DNA of 59,547 nt, the filler included, from Sphacelaria rigidula (lineage: Eukaryota): the NCBI GenBank assembly GCA_964200075.2. It is 6 parts of 6 records of this genome, joined end to end, with 100 filler letters (N's around TTAATTAATTAA, not from the genome) between each part and the next. Parts side by side here need not be neighbours in the genome. Positions count along the whole stretch, not along the records: positions 29,828 to 39,668 come from CAXNAA020007652.1; positions 39,769 to 49,608 come from CAXNAA020007653.1; positions 49,709 to 59,547 come from CAXNAA020007654.1; 3 more parts are not named here. The stretch is one strand, 5' to 3'. The notes beneath the pieces were generated by a model, which had not been told where the DNA came from, searched no databases, and was given only the letters and a program-made list of their open reading frames with translations. The position numbers and the translations under genes are program-made. Positions 37,673-50,516 of this stretch are shown in pieces; within the stretch, counting starts at the first letter, position 1, and each line of letters opens with the position of its first letter.

Positions 37673-38645
37673 TTACATCCTGGATCCCTCGCGAGCTGTT
37701 GCCGTTGTTGCTCTAGCGGTGGTAACTCTCCGATTGATGGCTTCCGAAGTAGCAGCCTCTCGTGTATGACGGCGGTCCGATTCACGTTTGTCTTCGTAGC
37801 GCCACATGTCGTCGAGCTCTTCCACCCCTTTCTCGACTCCACGATGCCATTTGTCCATGCATATCGCCGCAGTGATTCAATCATGTGCGTTGTTAACTTC
37901 TTCTACACCGTAGATAAAACATTTCCGTGGTACTTGCTTTCGGTGGAAGAGCCCCTCGTGCACGTGAATTCTCCTGGAGGTTGCCCCCCGTCAGTGTTTG
38001 GGCGGGCGACCAGCCTCCTTCGATCCTTGGGCAGCTAACGATTTGTGCATGATGCATTGGGGAGGCGCGTTTCGTCCTGCCGAACAAGGGCCCTCGAGAA
38101 CCAGAGTTGACGCCTGCGGATAGTCGCCTCCATACGTTCGCAGTTGGTCATAGCTCTGTACGACTTGTAGCCCATTCGATCTTTCCTGCGGAATCCGACC
38201 ACTTGTACCAAAGGCTTGCGGTGGGAAGTGCGCAGACTGTCGAAGTCCTCGGAACGTGACGTCCATGTGGCACACCCGTACAACAGGGCTTCCACCACCT
38301 CCTCCTTAAGCAGCCGGACTTTCAAGGACAAAAGTATAGCTGAGCGTTGGATCGACCATAGAGTTGGAAACCATACTTTCGGAGAAGTGCCCACGCCGTG
38401 CTGATGCGGGGGCTGATTTCGATGAACAAATTAGCATCTGCGCTGACAGCAACACCGTCAACCTGTCGCGCTGATGTGGAGGGCGGTCTCTGTGGAGCTG
38501 GATACTGACCACAGGGACACGGATTCTGTCTTGCTCTCTCATGCCGTCAATCCAAACTCCTGGCAGGTCACCAATACCATGGCCATCATTCTAGCAAGGC
38601 CGTCTGGGGACCTAGTGACTATCCCGGCCTCAACAACATATGATG
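37673..38645 (-). mobile_element. Degenerate RTE-like LINE, 3' fragment
   Basis: AGIVTRSPDGLARMM...FGL (post-YADD region), LKVRLLKEEVVEALLYGCATW, IRRRQLWF...RQDETRLP. Many stops and frameshifts. Confidence 0.85.
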
Positions 38646-39900
38646 CTTGATGAGGAAATTTTGGTTTCGGGACACCGGGTTGGGGAGAACTCTACTGTTA
38701 CTACCACAACTGGGAAAAACGACCATTTGCTTTCGAGTTACTCTCATGTCCGCTCTTGTAGACTACTGGAGTGATTTGTGGTGCGCGTGTTTACCATCTT
38801 CATCCTTTGACCGCCAGTTAAGATCACACGGGTCACGCAGTAATCCTTCAGGTGAAAGTGATGCCAATTGAACGGATGAGCTACCCCGACGGTCAAAGGG
38901 TTAAATTTAACGAAAATGTTACGAATGTCACGTGCCGTCATTATGCTCCCACGATGTCACATGCAGACGCCCGCCTGGAATCAATGCGCCCCGCTACTGC
39001 GTGCCAACATTGAAGTGGAATATCCCACACGAAATCGCTAATTCCGATCCGTGGTCAGCGAAAACTCTAGGCAACTTCGTCCACATTTTTGCACACCCTG
39101 GGCGACGGATGATGTCGTCGAAAAGTGTTCTGCCTGAAGTATGGAATCTATTGTCTATTGCAATAGACGCAATAGTCGATACCGTACGCAGTGCACTTTT
39201 TGACAATGCAATTTATTGTCCAGGATGTTATTTTCCTAACACTCTTGGAACCGTTGATGGAAAATTGACCATTTACATTTGACGTTTTTTCGGGCAAGAA
39301 ATGGTTGTTGCTCTACAGCCTTTGAGCAAACGATTCGCCCAAAGCGTGTTTTTCAGACCCGTGCGAATGTAACGTGGAAGAAAAGAAGGCTCGAAGGTTT
39401 TCTATTTTACGGGTATGACGAATTGTTCGACCCGTCGGTGTTTTCTGACCCCGACCAGAGTGCACGGCTGACCTTTCGTGAAGCAACCTTCACGCTGCAT
39501 CTGCAGTAGATGTTCTGCACTGCATCATACCAAGCCTGCGCCTAAGTTGCAATAACAAAGGCGAAACCGACGGCACATTTACCTCAGTTATGCCCTCGTC
39601 TACTGTCTGTTTTCGCAGACAGTCACCGTCAGGCCCTGTGGCGATGTGTTCACCTACTCCTCTGTACTNNNNNNNNNNNNNNNNNNNNNNNNNNNNNNNN
39701 NNNNNNNNNNNNTTAATTAATTAANNNNNNNNNNNNNNNNNNNNNNNNNNNNNNNNNNNNNNNNNNNNGGGGCGGTTGATTCTCATTTCAAAATACGTTC
39801 TCATTTTTCTGGCAACCCTGATATTTCCTATAGCTTCAGTATCTTGCGTACGAACTTGAATATCGAAGTTGAAGTCACGGGCTTTCGGCACATCGGATCC

Positions 39901-40425
39901 GGCCTCAGATACTCCACTCAAATTTTGAGTAGGTCTTGTAGGACCTCCGATACTCCACTGAATTTTTGAGTAGACCGAGTACGGCCTCCAATACTCTACT
40001 TAAAGTTTGAGTAGGTCGAGTACGGTCTCACATATTCTACTCCAATATTGAGTAAGCACTCTCAGTAATACTTGAGTACAGACTATCACTTGAGTGTGGC
40101 CTCAATACTGTACTCAAATTTTGAGTAGGTCGAGTACGGTCTCAAATACTCTACTCAAATTTTGAGTAGGTTGAGTATGATCTCAAATACTCTATACTCG
40201 AATATTGAGTAGGTCGAGTACGACCTCAAATACTCTACTCAAATATTGAGTAAGCACTCTCAGTGATACTTGAGTATAGAGTATCACTTGAGTATGACCT
40301 CAATACTCTACTCAAATTTTGAGTAGGTCGAGTATGGTCTCAAATACTCTACTCATATTTTGAGTACTACTAGTATGACTCTTCAAAAATACTGAGTATT
40401 GAGTATACTCTACTCGACCTACCCT
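39901..40425. repeat. 41-bp tandem array (10 units) with palindromic core and ~200-bp higher-order period
   Basis: Unit CGGTCTCAAATACTCTACTCAAATTTTGAGTAGGTCGAGTA. Units 4 and 8 share the same ~35-bp extension. Confidence 0.93.
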
Positions 40426-40554
40426 TGAAATCATGGATTCGTCCCACCCTTGTAAAGGCGCCGCGGCGCAATTGAATTGATTGCGCACCTGTGGGGGCAC
40501 CAAGACGGCAGTCGGATATTGATATTAGGGAGTTTCGGAAGATATTTGTTTTAT

Positions 40555-41595
40555 CATAGAGTCAGAGTGCAGAGTGGAAGCTTCGAAAGTTCAAAGTGGA
40601 AGTTGAAAAGTTCATAGCGGAAGCTGATGTGACGTGGCTTGACGTGATTTTGTTCTGTCGCAGTGATTGGCCGCAGGTTGCCCCGCCAAATGTATGATCG
40701 ACCGGCGCCCACTTCGGAAGTACGTAGGCCAGCACAACACTGACTGTACCGTACACTGCGGCACCGTACGCACCACACCCTGTACGCTTTTTCAATGCAC
40801 CTGCAGTACTTCAATCCACTACGGCGCACTACAGGACACTGTAGTGCTATAGGTCTGAGCAGCGTGAAGTACAGTACAGTACCGAGAGTGCAATACAGAA
40901 CCCTACAACAGTGCTTTGCGATGCTGTGAACTATTATACTGTACAGCGATACCGTACAGAGAGTCAGTTGTACAAACAACAAAAGTACAGACAGGATGGT
41001 ACGCAGCACTTTCAGACAGCAGACCTTGGCCGCATTGCGATGATTTCTTCATATGCCACCCGTAACGGTGGTGCAAGACGTCATGATCTCTCACAGGATG
41101 AGAATACAGCCACGGGTAGTACTACTCGTGCGCTGTAGACTACGAATCGTTTCCACCGTCTTCTTCCAGCTGAGGCTGGCAAGAGTGAGGAGCTGCACCC
41201 AAGTCAACGTGTACCCGTCGAGCATTTGAATATTCACGCAACACAACAACCAAGCGGATGCTGATACCATGGCGGCGTCAGGGAGGTCTTTTGATTGCGA
41301 TGCCAAGCTTTTCTACTTCGTGAATGGCCCATTGTGACGAGTATGGCAGTTTTGATGGACAATGAACGTCCCACTTTGCTGGTTAGGGTGTATTGACTCT
41401 GGACTGGACGTGACCATGGCGGTGAAGGTGGGCGTGGTTCTTTTTCATTCCGCTATGAGCTCTGAAGAGGAACAGCGGTTTTCAGAGTGAAGTGGTTCAA
41501 ACGCCACTCTGACTCTGAAAAAACCGCTCTGAAGAAACCTTCATAGCGGAAAGTGCACCGTCACCGGCTATTTTTCCTTCCACTCTGACTCTAAG
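40555..41595. mobile_element. Possible non-autonomous TIR element
   Basis: TAGAGTCAGAGTG at 40557 and its reverse complement CACTCTGACTCTA at 41581-41593. Subterminal CAGAGTG/CATAGCGGAA repeats at both ends. No convincing TSD. Confidence 0.55.
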
Positions 41596-41779
41596 ATTTG
41601 AAAAAATGTTTTCCAAAACTCTACATTGACTCGTAGCGCTTTTCTTTACTCTGGGAAGATTCCACACCCTGGACAATACAATATGTTTAAAATGTATATT
41701 ATACGATCATATTGCAATATGACGATGTATTGCCCGCCTAAGATGTATATATATATATATTGATGTCGTGAGACATTTA

Positions 41780-42122
41780 TGTTAAAGGATCCACTCATAA
41801 CCCCTTTGTCGTGGTCGCTAGAGTTGACGCAATGGCAGTTGAGCCAAGCAAGCAGACAGGCTGCTCCGGAGTGTAGACAGAAGATAGTGTTCAAACCACC
41901 CGGAGGTGCCGCTTCTGGGCAAGGCAGATACAAACCACCCACCGGGGTACACGGTCAAAGAGAAGAGTACTTCATGTAAAACAACTGCTATCCCACATTA
42001 CACGCCCCCACATCAGACCAAACCTTTTTGACCGGTACCTGCGATCCCAACACTACATATATATAAAGTCAATACCATACGAAGCGTTGAAGAGCATGGC
42101 TCCATAGCTTCATTTTCTAACA
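41780..42122 (-). repeat. Copia 3' LTR
   Basis: TGTTAAAGG...TTCTAACA, direct repeat of 47890-48232. Confidence 0.95.
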
Positions 42123-42133
42123 CTCCCTCTCAA
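42123..42133 (-). promoter_or_regulatory. Copia polypurine tract
   Basis: Minus strand TTGAGAGGGAG directly before the 3' LTR TG. Confidence 0.8.
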
Positions 42134-42247
42134 CGCAAGCATAACTCTCAAGCCTTCACACTCCCCCTTAATGCAGGACGTACTAGTTCCAAACACCCAC
42201 ATCAGTACAACCGTCCCGGCACTCAAGGACGAAATGAGAACTCAAAG

Positions 42248-45200
42248 CTACAACCAGGCTGTACTCATATTTTGAATGCGCTGATCAGCTTGACGAGATG
42301 GCGGTGCCTGTGTTTGCTGAGGTATGTCTGCGAGTTGGTCTTCGGTCTTGACGTAACGAACGTCGATCCTTCCCTCCTTGACTAATTCCTGGATGAAGAA
42401 GTACCGTAGAGCTGTGTGCTTGACTCTGGAGCTGTAAGTTCGGTTCCCTGCGACGTGGAGAGTTGAAGCCTTGTCGATGTAGACGGAACGGAGTCGAAGC
42501 GTGTGCCAAATTCCATCTCCCGCATCATATTCGAGCAAAATATGCCTTCCTTCATGGTGAGTGCAGCGGCCACGAATTATGCTTCCATCGTTGATTGTGC
42601 GGTAAGTCCTTGAAGTCCTACCTTAAAACTGATGGGGCCATTCGAGAGAAAAATAAGATATGATGATGTAGACTTTCCGTTGTCTGGGTTGTTACCCCAG
42701 TTCGCATCTGAGAACGCCGTCAATTGGAAACCGCCCTGGTTGTAGGTGATGACATGATCTGTAGTGCCGGCCAAATACCGAAGTAAGTGCTTTGCAGCTG
42801 CCATATGCGCCTTTGACGGATTGGACATCGTCCGCGCTAGTTGGTTCACGGCGTATCCAATGTCGTAGCGTGTCACGTGAGCGAGATACATCACACTGCC
42901 CGTAATGGCCTGGGAACGTTTTTGTCCTCGTCGTTCAAAGCTTTCTCCCTCGACTGGTCCAGTGACAGTTCTTGTCCCACACCAGGAGTGTATGCTGGGT
43001 TGCAATTCGCCATTCCGTATTGTTCCAGGAGGGACTTGGTGTAACGTTTCTGGCTGATGGTGACTGTCTTCCGAACGCGATCACGGACAACCTGCATTCC
43101 CAGCACTAACGATACATCTCCCATGTCCGTCATCGAAAAACGTCCCATCAGTTTATGCCTGATCCTCCCCAAAACTTTGACATATTTCCCAAGCAGTAGG
43201 ACGTCATCGACGTATAAAGTCAAAATGTAGACGTCGCCGCTCTCTTGGTATATGTACACGCAAGGGTCCGACTTAAGACTCTTCAATCCAATCTCCGCCA
43301 GGTGTGTGTCGACCGTTCCCCACCAGCAGTTTCGACTTTGACGGAGGCCATAGAGACTTTTGTGGAGCCGCATTACCATCGGAGTTCTATTGGCGTCAAA
43401 CTCCTCGTAACCTGGCGCCATTTTGACGTCAACTTCTTCCTTGAGTTCGGCGTTCAGAAAGGCGGTGTTATAGTCCACATGCCAACACTCCAAGTCATAC
43501 TCCGCTGCTACAGCTAATACCATGCGGATGCTTTGGACCCTGCAGACCGGTGCGAAAGTGCTGCCACAGTCGACGCCAGGGACTTGTCCCCAACCCTGCA
43601 CGACGACTCGGGCCTTGTGCGAGGAATCCGCTTTCTTCTTGTATACCCATCGGGACCCGATTAACCTGTGTCCAGTTGGGACGGAGCTTGACGGTACTAG
43701 AGTATACACATCATTTCTTCTTAGGCTATCCATCTCCTTATCTGATGCCGTCTTCCATTGTTCCTTTTCGGGGAGACTCATGGCCTCATTGAACGTGTTT
43801 GGGGTTCTTTCGGTTTTCTCCCCCACTAACCAGCTCGAGAGGTTGGTAGTTGTGTAGGCGTACTCCACGACTGATTCCGCCCCAAACGTCTGGTGCACGA
43901 CATCTGGTAGGAGCGCGTTGGTGTGTATTTGCAGTCGCCGTAGCTCGGAGAGCATTTTGTCGTCCACAGTGGCTGAAAGGTGCGCAGAAGCTGCGCCGTC
44001 GTTGATGTTGCGTTCCCTGAGGGAGTGCGCTGCAGTGCCTGCGCGCGTCACGGCGGGAGTTACTTGATGGCGAGAGTGTCGAGAGCGGTTGAGCAGTGGT
44101 GATTCGGCTGATGATGTGGACTGGCAAACTTCGTCCCGAAAAGGGGGTGCAGGTTGTTCCAGCGGCGCACGGCTCTGCGGTGATGCTGTTGGCGACGTCC
44201 CTTCACGAGGTGTGTCATCGTCGTGCAGCATGTCCCCCTTGGTGATTGCGCTGATTCTTTCCAGAAGCTCGGTCACCTGTGGATCGTTAGAGGTCCCGCT
44301 GGCAGTGATATGATCAACGGAGGTGTGAGTCGGTTGAGCTAGTACGGAGGTGTGGTCGCGAAGATCACGGAAGAAGTCGTCGTCGGTGACGTAATTGTGG
44401 TCCTCTCTGTTGTTGCATTCCTGGTCACCGAGTGAAAATGGGCGTATCCGAAGTTGTGGCTCTCCCGTCGGGGTAAGGTGTGTCGGAGTCTCGATGAAGA
44501 CGACGTTCCTGCTCTCAATGATACGTCGAGTGGCCGGCTTGTAGACTCGGTAGCTCTTACTGTCATTGCTGTACCCAACTAGTCGTCCTTCAACTGCTTT
44601 GAGAGCAAGTTTCGGAGTATGCCGCTCGATATGCACGAAAGCCCTGGCTCCGACGACTCGAAGGTGTTTGAGATCCGGTTCTGTCCCCTGCAGCATCTTA
44701 TGAGGCGACTGCATGTCAAGCGCCGAATGCGGTGATCGGTTTGCAAGATAGGCCGCTGTGAACATCAATTCCTCCCAGAGAACAGTCGGCAAACCACTGT
44801 CAGCACGCATGCACCGGACCATGGCTGCAAGCGTCCTTCCCACGCGTTCTGACAGGCCGATTTGTTGTGGTGTATTGGTGCTTGCAAACTCTAGCAATAT
44901 GCCCGTCTGTCGGCAGTACGACTTGAACTCGTTGCCGATGAACTCACCGCCTTCATCTGCTCTTAGTCGTTCGACCCGAACACCGCCAGGAATGACCGTT
45001 GACTGTACGTAGGACTGAGATGCATGAAGAGTGCCGTCTTTGGATTTTTGAAGGTAAATCTCTGTCCATCTGGTAAACTCATCGGAGATCTTGCAGAAGT
45101 ACTTGAAGCCTCCCAGCGCTTCCGGCATGATCGGTCCCATCAAATCTGTTATGACCAGTTGAAAAGCGCGTTGTACTTTGTTGTTGGCTGTCTTCGGGTG

Positions 45201-47171
45201 GGCCAGTTGATGACTTCCCCAACGGCACAAATATCGCAGTCCGGAACGACTCCACCGAAATCCACCCCGTTTCTTCCGACGTTTTTGAGAAGATTCACAC
45301 TATTGCTGTTCAAGTGTCTCATCCTCCGATGCCACAGCGTGGCGGCGTCTGCAGCTTGCAAAGCCATTCCAGATGCGTTGTTGCCGCTGCTTAATCCCAG
45401 ATAGAAGAAATACAGGTCGCTCTCTAGTTTCTGGAGCGGAACGGTGAAGTTGTTCGTCTCCAGTCTTGATTGTTCATGTCAAAAATAGACACAACACCAT
45501 TTTGTGTCGCTTGTTTGACGGAGAACAAGTTCCTCCCCAAGCCAGGCACGACCAAACACGAAATCTGAACCAGGCGTTTGACCCCTTAGCCGTCTTGGAT
45601 GTGGCCGCGGAGCAGTCCTTTACCAACCCCTGCCAGGTGATGCCCCCCTGCGGTGGTGATCGTACGCGGGGTCGCCAGCTCTTGGTAGTTGTGGAGTTTA
45701 TACCGTAGCCCCGGGATGAGGGTATCGTCGAAGTAATGTCCCGACGCACCACTGTCTACCATGATACTGACATGGCGATTGCTACCCTCAGTCCACCTGT
45801 CAAGAGCAGGTCCTGCCGCGAGAGCCGTCCCATCATCAGCATCGGTGATCCCGCCAAATGTTTCAGCGGTGTCGTCGAAGTTCGACGTGGCCCGGGGATA
45901 TAATGAGTTCCCGAACATCAACCAGACGTAGTGGACTACGGCTATTACGGTCAGCGCGCGCACTAGTGGGGAAAGTGTCTCCCTGATCCCCCGCAGTAGG
46001 TTGCGAGCTCTGCGCCAGAACCCCGGACCCCCGGCCTCCTCTCCGTCGGCCCCTTCGAAGGCGCCGAAGAGGCCGCTGCTGTCAAAAGACGCAACGGTTT
46101 GTTAGTTGGAGCGAAAGGCCAAGGTTTGTCCGCTTGCGGATGGTTCGCTTTGGGCGCCTCCAGGGCATTGAAGGAGATGGCGGAAGGATCCTCCCCTGTA
46201 CCGATGGCTGGGAGACACCCTGGCCATTGTGCGGAATCGGCGGTCTGCTGGTTGCGCTGTTGTAAGGAACGGCACTCTTCTTCGCTGTGAGTTGTTGAGT
46301 TGTGGAAAGAGTACCACTTGCCTACATTCCCATGGTTTCCCCCGTCCTGACCGTTGCCCCCTGTCAGTGCTCGGGTCGCACGGGCGGGGCAATTTCTCCT
46401 AATATGCCCTTGCTTTCCGCAGTGGTGGCATGTTACTTGATTTCTTTCACTGCCATCATTCCCTCCACTAGCCTGCATAGCAACCCCGCGGCCTGCGACC
46501 GAGTTGGTGGCGTCCGGTCGTGAAAGGTAGTCAGCATATATGGTGCTGACCATGTATCTGAGGTCCGACAAATCAAAATCGCGCCTCTCACAGCTAGCGA
46601 TGCGGATCCTATCGTACTCGGCAGGTAGGGCTCGAAGGATAATGTCCCCATATCGTTCGTCAGGTACGGACTGCCCCATTTCCTCCAGGCGGTCACGGTA
46701 GCCATCCATGACAAACAAAACATCTTCCGGATCGTCCCCTGACTGCATCGTCGTATTGTGGAGTTTATCGTGGAATTCCCTGCGTGCCTCTTTTGTGTTG
46801 CCGTCATATTTTTCTTGCAGCGCTACCCACGCTGCTTGCCCATTACCAAGCCCATCCTCCTGGGTTTTCCCCATGAAACGTCTCACGGTATTGTTCGCTG
46901 ATTTCTCGGTGGTGAAAAATTCTATGCTGAACAGGTCATTGTTTGCGCGATTCCAAGCCAGTGAGGCTGCCGTATCACGGGTTGACGGTTCATCACCAAT
47001 GACGGTGCGTGTGGGTCTCTACCGCCCCTGCATAATTTCTGCGGCCGCATTATGGTGGAGGGAGAGGATCACCCGTAGTTTGTCTTGGTACTCTCGGAAA
47101 CTAGCCTTGTCTCTGCCATCAAATTTTGTACACAACTTGAGTACCGCACGAATACTCTCATTGTCCGCCAA
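42248..47171 (-). pseudogene. Copia gag-pol polyprotein, frameshifted
   Basis: Zinc knuckle CHHCGKQGHIRRNC, protease MVDSGASGHY, LWHRRMRH, integrase TDL..LRADEGGEF..PQQIGLSER, RT KARVVVQG..LYGLRQ..LYVDD, RNase H FSDANWG..QLADI. Split over several frames. Confidence 0.95.
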
Positions 47172-47875
47172 AATAATCCTCCTCGTCGCGTTGCTCCAAC
47201 GTAACGAGTATAGTATAACGTGTTCCGATACCACCACACAATCGGCCTTGGTAACCGCCGCTTGACTTGTCGAGGGGGGTCGCGAAAAAAAAGACACCGA
47301 AACGATCGAGTCCAGATATGGCCCCCACCACAACAGCGGCCCCTGGTGACGCCGCTTAATGCGACCAGCTGAACAGATTATAAACGGAAAATAGCGTACA
47401 AGTTGTCACGAACACTGTACACGGTTGGGCATGTCTCCAGTAGGCGCGGAAAAAGTTCTCTCCAAAAAAAAGGATCCGACTACTGACTGTTACTTTTCTC
47501 GCAGGTTAGCCGTGGTGCTGCGCACGCTGGTGTCGTCTCCTCAAAAAATAGATCACACGCCCTACTCGGTTCAGGTTGCGGTACCCTGCTGTCGCGTCAG
47601 TCGAGAGTAGTCACAATGCAGAGCTACTCCTGTTCACCTGCGGTTATCCCACTTTTTCAAAAATTATTACTTCGTACCGCAGCGATCTCCGTACTGCGAT
47701 GATGCCAGGTGCGCACAAAGTAAGTGCCGTCCTCAATCGTAATACAACGCACTGTTGTAGTGCCAGACACACACAGTGCCGTATTACTCAACTCACGTTG
47801 TATTCCAGCAAAGATCTGTCCTTTTGCTGCTGCCCTCCCTTCCTAGGTCCACCGCTCCGTCAGCACCAACACGAT

Positions 47876-47889
47876 CGAGGCTCATAGCC
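47876..47889 (-). promoter_or_regulatory. Copia primer-binding site (internal tRNA-iMet type)
   Basis: Minus strand GGCTATGAGCCTCG abuts the 5' LTR. Resembles the GGTTATGGGCCC PBS of Drosophila copia and lacks the usual TGG start. Confidence 0.7.
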
Positions 47890-48232
47890 TGTTAAAGGAT
47901 TCACTCAGAACCCCTTTGTCGTGGTCGCTAGAGTTGGCGCAATGGCAGTTAAGTCAAGCAAGCAGACAGGCTGCTTCGAAGTGTAGACAGAAGATAGTGT
48001 TCAAGGTGCCGCTTCGTGGCAAGACAGAGACAAACCACCCACCGAGGTACACGGTCAAAGAGAAAACTACTTCATGTATAACAACTGCTATCCCACATTA
48101 CACGCCCCCACATCAGACCAAACCTTCGTGACCGGTACCTGCGATCCCAACCCTACATATATATATATATATATAAAGTCAATACCATACGAAGCGTTGA
48201 AGAGCATGGCTCCATAGCCTCATTTTCTAACA
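47890..48232 (-). repeat. Copia 5' LTR
   Basis: Direct repeat of 41780-42122. Confidence 0.95.
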
Positions 48233-49279
48233 AAAATACCCGATTGAGCGGGTACAGTGGGTGATGAAATTTAGAAATACGGTGGGATCGTAGGTATCGT
48301 TGGTACGATTTTAGAAAATACCCGATTGGGCGGGTATGAAAGGTATCGAAACCTCGAAATACCGTGGTATCGTGGGTGTCATTGACATGATATTTGTAAA
48401 TACACGATTGGACCCGTATCGGTAGGGTGTGCAATGCTCCAAAGACTGGTACCGGGTACTGGTATTTACCAAGTACCTGTGCAGTCTGTAGTCTCATCAC
48501 ATACATTAAAACTTGAGCACCCATAGCTGTCCGTGACTAGAGCGTGACTATAGGCACCGCGCGTGTGTGTAGTGTGTTGAGTGTTAATTTTTAATAGCAG
48601 TAGTAGGTCGTCGACCTCGCACATCACACACTCGCGAGCACCTGTGAAATAGGCCGCATGGCGCACCCCCCTACCCGGGAGGCATCGAGCGGTCGCGGCC
48701 TCTGTACTGTACAATACAGTACAGTATATTTACACTGTATAGACAGTGCAGTATGTTTACAGATCGAGTCGTGCTACGATGGGGTTGCACTTTTTTGTTC
48801 ACGTGATGCCAAAACTGGATTTGGCGAAGGATCGATATGAACCACTTGCATTCATGCAATGTGGACAGGTTGTCATTGTAACTGTCGATATCTTGGCGTC
48901 TTCAGAGAAGTGGAGACCGTGCATGCGAACGTGGAGGCAAATCGCATTTGCTCAGACCTTAATGACACAGAGATTGCACTAGCGCGTGCATCCCCCGTTT
49001 TACATTCGTTCGTAGATTTCTTATATCGATATTCCCGTGAAGTCGAAAACTATATGAGGGTGCCCCACTGCCTGCTCCCCACTCCCTCGGTATACAGCAT
49101 ACTTCCTACGCCATAAATCCACTCAAGAACACAGCAAGACATCAGCTCCTACGGTGTCGTTGTTGGCCCGCGCCCGCCCCGCGCTCACTCCCTCAGGGTG
49201 TTGAGTATATTTTACGGTGGATACATCCACTGGACAAGTAATTTCCAGGCACATACAATCCGAACCTCCCAGCATGCAT

Positions 49280-49608
49280 TCATGCCAAGATCCCAAAGAG
49301 GCAGTGCTGCCGTGTTGCCAGCGATTTAGCGAGGAGCACAAGCAAGTCTTCCCCTGTGAGCTCCGACGCAAGAGTCTTGACTTTTGTGACTATCCCGAAC
49401 GACAAAATCTTCTCTACGAGCTCGTCATCTTTCTGAGCCCTCTCTGACAGTCCGAACAACTTTTCGAGGCCCTGGAGACTGATCCTTTCATTCAGGTCGA
49501 TTTTGCGTTTGGCGGTACCGGGCTTCCTATCGCCTTCATTATGGGGAGCGCCGTCGTTGAGGAAAGCACCTTCACTATCGGAACCTCCTTCATTCTTGGA
49601 AGTGCCTT
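49280..49608 (-). CDS. 3' end of an unknown ORF cut by an assembly gap (not in ORF track)
   Basis: Open frame of ~108 codons from the gap: GTSKNEGGSDSEG...KRKIDLNERISLQGLEKLFGLSERAQKDDELVEKILSFGIVTKVKTLASELTGEDLLVLLAKSLATRQHCLFGILA*. Confidence 0.55.
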
Positions 49609-50256
49609 NNNNNNNNNNNNNNNNNNNNNNNNNNNNNNNNNNNNNNNNNNNNTTAATTAATTAANNNNNNNNNNNNNNNNNNNNNNNNNNNNNNNNNNNN
49701 NNNNNNNNCTTCCGTGCAAAAGAGAAATGCCACTTCAACCCCATATTTTGTATCAACCCCATTTTCTAGGATCCACTGTTTTCTGCTGTCTCTCGATTCT
49801 CATCCACTGATACGGTGCAGTATGTGTGACTTGAACGGCAGAAGCTGCTCGCAAATGAGTTTCGGTTTGCCCAATTTCAGGTATTGGCGGGCAAAATGAG
49901 GAGCTATTTCGAACAGCTTTTGGTGTAGGATCTGCTGTTCGAAATGATTTTTATAATTGTGATTTGAAACTCAGCATGGAGAACCACAGAGGTATGCTGA
50001 AAAATAAAAACAAATGAGCTTCCATCTTTTGGGGTGGGGAAGGCCCGGGCGTTCTCGTAGAATTTGGTCGTTACTACCCTAAAACGCCTTAAACCAATGA
50101 AAAAGAAAAGAAAAGGCCAACCTCACTCACTTTGTGTGGATAATTGTGTCCTAGCCACGGCCTACACAAAGGTTTCGAAACACAAACACCAAACGTGGGC
50201 CGGTAAGTGACCTGCACAATACTGTTCCGAATTCCTTTTAACCCCGTCACCAAACA

Positions 50257-50516
50257 GCCCATTAAACGGCCAATATTCAGAGTTGGACCCTGAAAATTGG
50301 TGAAAACAATCAAAAGGGCATAGAAAATACCAATGTACACAAGTTTTCTTCATTTTCTCATGAGTTGAGGGCAATAATCAGTTTTCAAGTATCAGTAAAA
50401 TACCCTGAACTCATGAAAAAAAACTTGTTTGCACTGGCATTTGTTCTTATTATGCCCTATTCATTATCCATACCAAATTTCAGGGTCCACCTCTAAATAT
50501 TGGCAGGTTAATGGGC
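50257..50516. mobile_element. Palindromic MITE-like element
   Basis: ~115-bp imperfect inverted arms (GCCCATTAA..GCCAATATT..GGACCCTGAAA / TTTCAGGGTCC..AATATTGGC..TTAATGGGC). Confidence 0.8.

Larger units (their letters stand above)
41780..48232 (-). mobile_element. Full-length degenerate Ty1/copia LTR retrotransposon
   Basis: Two 343-bp TG...CA LTRs, PBS, PPT, and domain order gag-PR-IN-RT-RH. Confidence 0.97.

Noticed and set aside
39901-40425. CRISPR array
   Set aside because: The sequence between palindromic cores is itself repeated, so there are no unique spacers. No cas genes, and the context is eukaryotic.
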